Positions 26,737 through 32,000 of a stretch of DNA of 32,000 bases are shown in pieces. The notes below the pieces were generated by a model, which saw only the letters and a list, made by a program, of their open reading frames with translations, was not told the origin of the DNA and did no database searches. The DNA is from Candidatus Saganbacteria bacterium (lineage in GTDB: Bacteria > Margulisbacteria > WOR-1 > JAKLHX01), in assembly GCA_026387835.1 (NCBI GenBank), contig JAPLKZ010000004.1, positions 16,234 through 48,233 of the forward strand. The letters are read 5' to 3'. Each line of letters starts with the position of its first letter. Positions within the stretch are counted from its first letter, which is position 1. A program made the translations under genes and the position numbers.

Positions 26737-28245
26737 ATGACCAAGAAAATATTAATATTCGATACCACCCTCCGCGATGGCGAACAGGCGCCGGGGTGCA
26801 GCCTGAACACCGAGGAAAAACTTGAGATAGCAAAACAGCTTGCGAAGCTGAACGTGGATGCGATAGAAGCCGGCTTTGCGATATCATCCCCCGGCGATTT
26901 TGAGGCCGTGGCGGCAATTGCAAAGAACATCAAGGGACCGGTTATCGCTTCCCTTGCGCGCGCGAAGAAAGAAGACATAAAAGCGGCGTATGACGCTATA
27001 AAAGCGGCAAAAAGACACCGCATACATATATTTTTGGCGACATCGCCGATCCACATGGAGAAAAAGCTGCGCATGAGCCCCGAAGAAGTGCTTGCCACAA
27101 GCGCGTCCATGGTGAAGTACGCAAGGACGCTTTGCGATGACGTGGAGTTCTCCTGCGAGGACGCAGGAAGATCAGAGCCCGCTTTTCTTTATAAGGTGAT
27201 AGAAGCTGTGATCGACGCGGGCGCTTCGACGATAAACCTGCCCGATACCGTCGGCTATAAGATCCCGGCCGAATTCGGGAAGATGTTCGCTGAGGTGAGA
27301 AAGAACGTGCCAAACATAGATAAGATCATCCTGAGTACGCACTGCCATAACGACCTCGGACTTGCTGTCGCCAATTCAATAGCAGCAATCGAGAATGGCG
27401 TCACTCAGATAGAATGCACGATCAACGGCCTGGGAGAGCGCGCTGGTAATGCCTCTCTTGAAGAAGTAGTGATGGCTATCAAGACGAGGAAAGACTTTCT
27501 TGATGCCGAAACTTCTATAAACACAAAGGAAATATACAGGACAAGCCGCCTTGTGAGCAACCTGACGGGCATGATAGTCCAGGCCAACAAAGCCGTTGTC
27601 GGAGCGAACGCTTTCGCGCACGAAGCGGGCATCCACCAGGCAGGCGTCATGCGCGCGAGGGAGACATACGAGATAATGGATCCCGCTGAGCTCGGTATCG
27701 GCGAAAGCAAGCTGGTGCTCGGCAAGCATTCAGGCAGGAACGCTTTCATAAAAAAACTGAAGGAGCTGGGCTTTGACCTGAAGGATGAAGAAACAGAAAA
27801 AGCTTTTAATGCGTTCAAGGTCCTATCTGACAAGAAAAAAGAGATATCCGACAAGGACATAGAATCTCTCATAAGCGACGAGATCTATGTGACGCCGGAA
27901 ACATACAAGCTTGAGTTCCTGAAGGTATCTTCGGGGACAAAGCTGAAGCCTACTGCAGAGGTCTCTCTAATGTATAAGGGAAAAGCCTGCAAGGTCAAAG
28001 GTTTCGGCGACGGACCTGTGGATGCCGTATATAAGGTAATAGATAAAATAGTAAAAAGGCCCGTCAAGCTGGTGGATTATATAATCCAGGCTATCACCGG
28101 AGGCACTGACGCCATGGGCGAGGTCATGGTGAGGATAAAAGAGAAAGAGCAGATATTTTCAGGCCACGGCTCCGATACTGACATCATAATCGCAAGCGCG
28201 AAAGCCTATATTAACGCTATCAACAAGATGGTGAACGAAAAATAA
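26737..28245 (+). CDS. leuA: 2-isopropylmalate synthase
   Basis: [83 protein letters not shown]-terminal regulatory-domain-like region. Confidence 0.95.
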   Translation: MTKKILIFDTTLRDGEQAPGCSLNTEEKLEIAKQLAKLNVDAIEAGFAISSPGDFEAVAAIAKNIKGPVIASLARAKKEDIKAAYDAIKAAKRHRIHIFLATSPIHMEKKLRMSPEEVLATSASMVKYARTLCDDVEFSCEDAGRSEPAFLYKVIEAVIDAGASTINLPDTVGYKIPAEFGKMFAEVRKNVPNIDKIILSTHCHNDLGLAVANSIAAIENGVTQIECTINGLGERAGNASLEEVVMAIKTRKDFLDAETSINTKEIYRTSRLVSNLTGMIVQANKAVVGANAFAHEAGIHQAGVMRARETYEIMDPAELGIGESKLVLGKHSGRNAFIKKLKELGFDLKDEETEKAFNAFKVLSDKKKEISDKDIESLISDEIYVTPETYKLEFLKVSSGTKLKPTAEVSLMYKGKACKVKGFGDGPVDAVYKVIDKIVKRPVKLVDYIIQAITGGTDAMGEVMVRIKEKEQIFSGHGSDTDIIIASAKAYINAINKMVNEK

Positions 28246-28479
28246 TTATTGATCCACTGTGATGCAGGTCAGCGTCCTTGATACATACCCCGTTGACTGG
28301 ATGTTCTTAATAAGTACGTCACCAAGCTGCTTCAGGTCAGGCACTTCGACAAAAGCTATCACGTCATAAGGCCCTGTTACAAAATGCACCTGTTTTATGA
28401 CGGGAAGGTGCGCTATCGCCTTTGAAAGCTCCTGTCCTTTTCCCGGATGGCATTCGATCAATATATAGGCTTGTGTCAT
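28246..28479 (-). CDS. Stand-alone Lrp/AsnC ligand-binding (RAM) domain protein
   Basis: AYILIECHPGKGQELSKAIAHLPVIKQVHFVTGPYDVIAFVEVPDLKQLGDVL...TRTLTC-like pattern, with no HTH. Confidence 0.85.
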   Translation of the reverse strand: MTQAYILIECHPGKGQELSKAIAHLPVIKQVHFVTGPYDVIAFVEVPDLKQLGDVLIKNIQSTGYVSRTLTCITVDQ

Positions 28480-28503
28480 GTTTGTTATACTCCTTTTCGA
28501 AAT

Positions 28504-28509
28504 ATTATA
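28504..28509 (-). promoter_or_regulatory. Candidate -10 element for the Lrp-like gene
   Basis: The minus strand reads TTGCAA...GTATGTTATAATATTT, similar to the leuA upstream motif TATGTTATAAT. Confidence 0.3.
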
Positions 28510-28575
28510 ACATACAGCCGTAAATTGTTTGCAAACACCGCTCTTTGATGTTATTATTTCTCTTGAGAAAATATC

Positions 28576-29175
28576 ATGTGGGCAAAACTAAGCAGCTTGT
28601 TCTTCAGAGGGGTAATAATATTACTCCCGTTATTCATCACGATATGGCTTTTGTGGTTCATGTTCTCGTTCATGGACGGCATCCTGGGTGGCATTCTTTC
28701 CTTGATATTCGGACATCCGATGCCGGGACTCGGTTTTATTATAACGATCTCCCTGATACTGTTCACCGGGTATCTTGCAAATTACCTTATCGGCGAAAGA
28801 TTCTTTCACTTTATCGATAATCTGCTCATAAAAGTGCCGATAGTAAAGACGATCTACTCTTCTGCCAAGCAGGTCAATGACGCGCTTTTCCAGACAGGGG
28901 CTTCAAAGGGATTTACAAAAGCATGCCTCATTGAATATCCGAGGACCGGCGTCTATTCAATAGGTTTTCTGACAAGCAGGACATCAAAGGAAATATCCAA
29001 AAAGACAGGCCACGATGACCTTGTCAACGTTTTTATCCCGAACACCCCTACCCCTGCAACGGGATTCCTGGTCCTTGTACCGCAGAAGGACGTCATCATG
29101 CTTGATATCAAGACCGAGGATGCGGTAAAGATGATCGTATCCGCGGGCGTGCTCCAGCCAAAAGAAAGAAAATAA
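28576..29175 (+). CDS. DUF502 domain-containing membrane protein
   Basis: FRGVIILLPLFITIWLLWFMFSFMDGI, IPIVKTIYSSAKQV, TGVYSIGFLTS and PNTPTPATGFLVLVPQKDV are canonical. Confidence 0.93.
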   Translation: MWAKLSSLFFRGVIILLPLFITIWLLWFMFSFMDGILGGILSLIFGHPMPGLGFIITISLILFTGYLANYLIGERFFHFIDNLLIKVPIVKTIYSSAKQVNDALFQTGASKGFTKACLIEYPRTGVYSIGFLTSRTSKEISKKTGHDDLVNVFIPNTPTPATGFLVLVPQKDVIMLDIKTEDAVKMIVSAGVLQPKERK

Positions 29176-29176
29176 A

Positions 29177-30367
29177 ATGGAATTTTCTCATCTTCTTCTG
29201 ACACTGATCGTCATCCTTATCACAGCAAAGCTTTTCGGCGAGCTCGCACAGAGGCTGGGACAAAGCCCTGTGATCGGCGAGCTTATCGGCGGCGTGATAA
29301 TAGGCGGAAGCGTGCTGGGGCTTGTGCATGATTCTCAGATGATCCAGGTCTTTGCAGAGATCGGCGCGATACTGCTCTTGTTCGAGATCGGCATCCAGAC
29401 TAACCTTTATGACTTTTTAAAGGTAGGCGGCTGGGCTTTTGTCGTTGCCTGCGTGGGTGTCTTTTTTCCCTTTCTCTTCGGTTATTATATAAGTACGTTC
29501 TTCGGCCTTGACATGGTCCATTCGATATTCATTGGAGCCATCCTCACAGCTACATCAGTAGGTATTACAGCCAGGGTCTTTTCAGACCTCCATGCGCTTG
29601 CGTCCAAAGAAGCAAGGATCGTCCTCGGCGCCGCTGTGATCGACGATGTTATCGGCCTTGCGATACTCGCTGTCGTCACGAGACTGGTCCTGAACGGGAA
29701 TGTTTCTTTTTCGTCGGTAGCAAATATTACTATGATCGCGGTGGTATTCCTCTCTGTCTCGCTCATAGCCGGCGTCCTGATCATGCCGTTACTTTTCGGA
29801 CTTTTAAGAAAGATGCGTGTAAGGGGAATATTATTTGTTAGCGCGTTCTGTTTCTGCCTTTTGCTTGCGTATGTCGCCTCCGCCGACATGCACCTTCCTT
29901 ATATAGGCTATTTCAAGGTCGGGCTGGCGCCTATTGTCGGCGCTTTCATCGCGGGCCTGATACTTTCGATCACAAGAGAAAGGGTCTTCATCGAGGAACA
30001 GATAAAACCTCTTGCGGATATTTTCGTGCCGGTGTTTTTCGTCCTTATGGGAGCTCTTGTTGATATAAAAGTCTTCAATCCGTATGTCCCCTCCAATGCG
30101 ATGATACTCCAGATAGCCCTGTGGCTGTTCATTGCCGCTGTGATCGGAAAGGTGATTGCAGGATTTTCCGTGCTTGACCGTACATCCAACAAGCTTCTCA
30201 TCGGGGTCGGGATGATCCCGAGAGGCGAAGTCGGCCTTATCTTTGCGAGCATGGGGCTTACAAAGCATATAATCACCCAGCCCATCTATTCCGCCGCGGT
30301 CGTAGTGATAATGGCGACGACCTTCGTGACGCCGTTCCTTTTAAAGCTGCTGTTAAAAAAGAAATGA
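29177..30367 (+). CDS. Cation:proton antiporter (CPA2/KefB-like)
   Basis: LGQSPVIGELIGGVIIGGSVLG, GAAVIDDVIGLAILA, GVGMIPRGEVGLIFA; multiple TM segments. Confidence 0.93.
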   Translation: MEFSHLLLTLIVILITAKLFGELAQRLGQSPVIGELIGGVIIGGSVLGLVHDSQMIQVFAEIGAILLLFEIGIQTNLYDFLKVGGWAFVVACVGVFFPFLFGYYISTFFGLDMVHSIFIGAILTATSVGITARVFSDLHALASKEARIVLGAAVIDDVIGLAILAVVTRLVLNGNVSFSSVANITMIAVVFLSVSLIAGVLIMPLLFGLLRKMRVRGILFVSAFCFCLLLAYVASADMHLPYIGYFKVGLAPIVGAFIAGLILSITRERVFIEEQIKPLADIFVPVFFVLMGALVDIKVFNPYVPSNAMILQIALWLFIAAVIGKVIAGFSVLDRTSNKLLIGVGMIPRGEVGLIFASMGLTKHIITQPIYSAAVVVIMATTFVTPFLLKLLLKKK

Positions 30368-30597
30368 AACCGAATATCCTGATCAGGACATTGCTTGTCA
30401 ACGCGGCTTTCAATCTCATCCTTATGATCGCCGGGATCGGACTTGTCTATTACGGCGCTAAAGCAAAAGCAAACAATCTGATGATAGCGGGCTTCATCCT
30501 GGTCGCATTCTCTTATTTAAGGAACAGGGTACTGAGCAGGACTTACAGCCTGCCGAACCTGAAGCGGATACAAAAAGAGAGACAAAAAGGTCTTTAG
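30364..30597 (+). CDS. Small membrane protein, hypothetical
   Basis: Overlaps the antiporter stop by 4 nt. Two hydrophobic segments (NLILMIAGIGLVYYG; NNLMIAGFILVAFSYL). Confidence 0.65.
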   Translation: MKPNILIRTLLVNAAFNLILMIAGIGLVYYGAKAKANNLMIAGFILVAFSYLRNRVLSRTYSLPNLKRIQKERQKGL

Positions 30598-31664
30598 AAT
30601 TTAGAGCCTTTGCTCCACTTAATGTTTATGGCATTTCCGCAATTAAGGCATTTATTTTCTGCATCTATCTCGTATGAGACGATATTGTAGCCTTCCCTCT
30701 CTATTACCACGGAATGGCACTTTGGACAGTAAGTGTTATCGTATTCATGGTTCGACACGTTCCCGAGATATACATACTGAAGGCCTTCCTTGAGCCCTAT
30801 CGAGCGCGCTTTTTCAAGCGTCTCTATGGGTGTCGGCATGACAGAGCTGAACTCCAGGTACGGGAAGAACCTTGTCACGTGCCACGGGGTATCCGGCCCG
30901 AGCTCTTTGCTTATCCACGAAGCGATCCCGTTGAGCTGGGCATCGTCATCGTTCATGCCCGGTATGATATTCGTCACTATCTCCACATGCATCTTGTGCT
31001 TGTTCTTTGCAAGCGAGGCTGACGTGAGTATGGGTTTCATGTCTGGGACCTTTGCCACATCCCGGTAAAAATCATTATTGAACGCTTTTACATCCACCCT
31101 GAACGCATCGAGGTACGGCGCTATCATCTCGAGCGGTTCCGGATTTATATACCCGTTCGTCACGTATACTGTGTAAAGCCCTTTCTGTTTTGCGAGCTTC
31201 GCGCTATCAAGAGTGTATTCGAACCAGACGGTCGGTTCATTGTATGTCCAGGCTATCCCGTCGCAGTCGTTCTTGAGCGCGAGTTCAACGGACTGCTCGG
31301 GCGTTATTATCTCTGTGGAGCGTTCTTTTGCGACCTCGTATATCTTGCTGCCGTCAAAGCTTTCCGCGAGTATCACGTGCGATATCTCCCAGTTCTGGCA
31401 GTGGCTGCAGTGCATGTTACAGCCCAGTGTCCCCATGGAGAACACCAGGGTTGAAGGGTTGAAATTATAAAGCGGCTTTTTTTCTATAGGATCGACGGCT
31501 TTTGAAGAGACCTTGTTGTATACCATCGACTCGAGTACGGCGTTCCTGTTCACCCTGACCCCGCAGAACCCGGCTTTGCCGTCGGGGATGACGCAAAAAT
31601 GGGGGCACAGGTCGCACCTGATATAGCCGTCCTTTAATTTTTTGTAGAAAAGCGCTTCTTTCAT
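30594..31664 (-). CDS. amrS: AmmeMemoRadiSam system radical SAM enzyme
   Basis: TLGCNMHCSHCQNWEIS radical SAM CxxxCxxC, NEPTVWFEYTLDSAKLAKQKGLYTVYVTNGYI, TPWHVTRFFPYLEFSSVMPTPIETLEKA, C-terminal Cys-rich YCPKCHSVVIEREGY. Confidence 0.92.
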   Translation of the reverse strand: MKEALFYKKLKDGYIRCDLCPHFCVIPDGKAGFCGVRVNRNAVLESMVYNKVSSKAVDPIEKKPLYNFNPSTLVFSMGTLGCNMHCSHCQNWEISHVILAESFDGSKIYEVAKERSTEIITPEQSVELALKNDCDGIAWTYNEPTVWFEYTLDSAKLAKQKGLYTVYVTNGYINPEPLEMIAPYLDAFRVDVKAFNNDFYRDVAKVPDMKPILTSASLAKNKHKMHVEIVTNIIPGMNDDDAQLNGIASWISKELGPDTPWHVTRFFPYLEFSSVMPTPIETLEKARSIGLKEGLQYVYLGNVSNHEYDNTYCPKCHSVVIEREGYNIVSYEIDAENKCLNCGNAINIKWSKGSKF

Positions 31665-31681
31665 TAAGAAGATTTTAGCAT

Positions 31682-31999
31682 TTATTTCACTGTTTTTACA
31701 AAAAATGCGCCGGACAGCACATCTGCCAGATGACGGAAAGCGAGGTCTTTTACTGCCAGAGAAGCAAGATCTGTCGAAGAAGCCCTGTATCCTTCTATAC
31801 TGAACTTTTTCTTTAACAGATCAGCCGTATTGTCCGGAATGCCGTTTACCGCGACAGTCCCCTGCTGAATGAGCCTGTCCCTGCCCCTTTTCTGCGCGCT
31901 GCCTACCAGCTTGCGTCCGCCTACCGTGATCTCGTACTCAAGAGGGTCCAGAAAGCAGATGTTTGAACCCTTTTGTCTGTTCTTTAAAGAGGTTTTCTT
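31682..31999 (-). CDS. Lipoate-protein ligase family protein, C-terminal part (runs off the window)
   Basis: Manual minus-strand translation KKTSLKNRQKGSNICFLDPLEYEITVGGRKLVGSAQKRGRDRLIQQGTVAVNGIPDN...VKTVK* contains the GRKLVGSAQKR...QQG signature. Confidence 0.8.
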   Translation of the reverse strand, partial: KKTSLKNRQKGSNICFLDPLEYEITVGGRKLVGSAQKRGRDRLIQQGTVAVNGIPDNTADLLKKKFSIEGYRASSTDLASLAVKDLAFRHLADVLSGAFFVKTVK

Positions 32000-32000
32000 T

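Noticed and set aside
26718-27872. Antisense ORFs over leuA (26718-27110, 26996-27313, 27376-27729, 27405-27872)
   Set aside because: They overlap a clearly conserved, intact leuA and have no recognisable domains.

Overview
The window splits into four parts. (1) ~1-8.1 kb: the 3' part of a PmbA/TldD-type gene, then three tandem co-directional paralogues, each with an EF-hand-like N-terminus, ~25-aa DUF4116-type repeats and a HEAT-like C-terminus. (2) ~8.1-12.5 kb: two lipoproteins (one C45/NTN-hydrolase-like), an unknown protein, an ORF6N-domain protein and an ICMT/PEMT-like methyltransferase. (3) ~12.7-26.7 kb, accessory region: a very compact minus-strand gene string (Fic, HsdM, HsdS, DUF3644 with a HEPN-like RxxxxH motif, Trypco2-like small protein, HsdR, PD-(D/E)XK-like protein, small ORF). 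It is flanked by a patatin-like phospholipase, a TPR / nuclease-fold-like / HD trio, a small membrane ORF, a truncated second copy of the leuA 5' coding region, and a RelE/ParE-type toxin-antitoxin pair. (4) ~26.7-32 kb, housekeeping: leuA, a stand-alone Lrp/AsnC effector domain, DUF502 protein, cation:proton antiporter, AmmeMemoRadiSam radical SAM enzyme and a partial lipoate-protein ligase. The best candidates for something under-described are the DUF4116 triplet, the expanded type I RM operon with embedded toxin-like genes, and the leuA remnant as a possible scar of island or TA insertion. All family assignments come from motif reading only; no database search was run.
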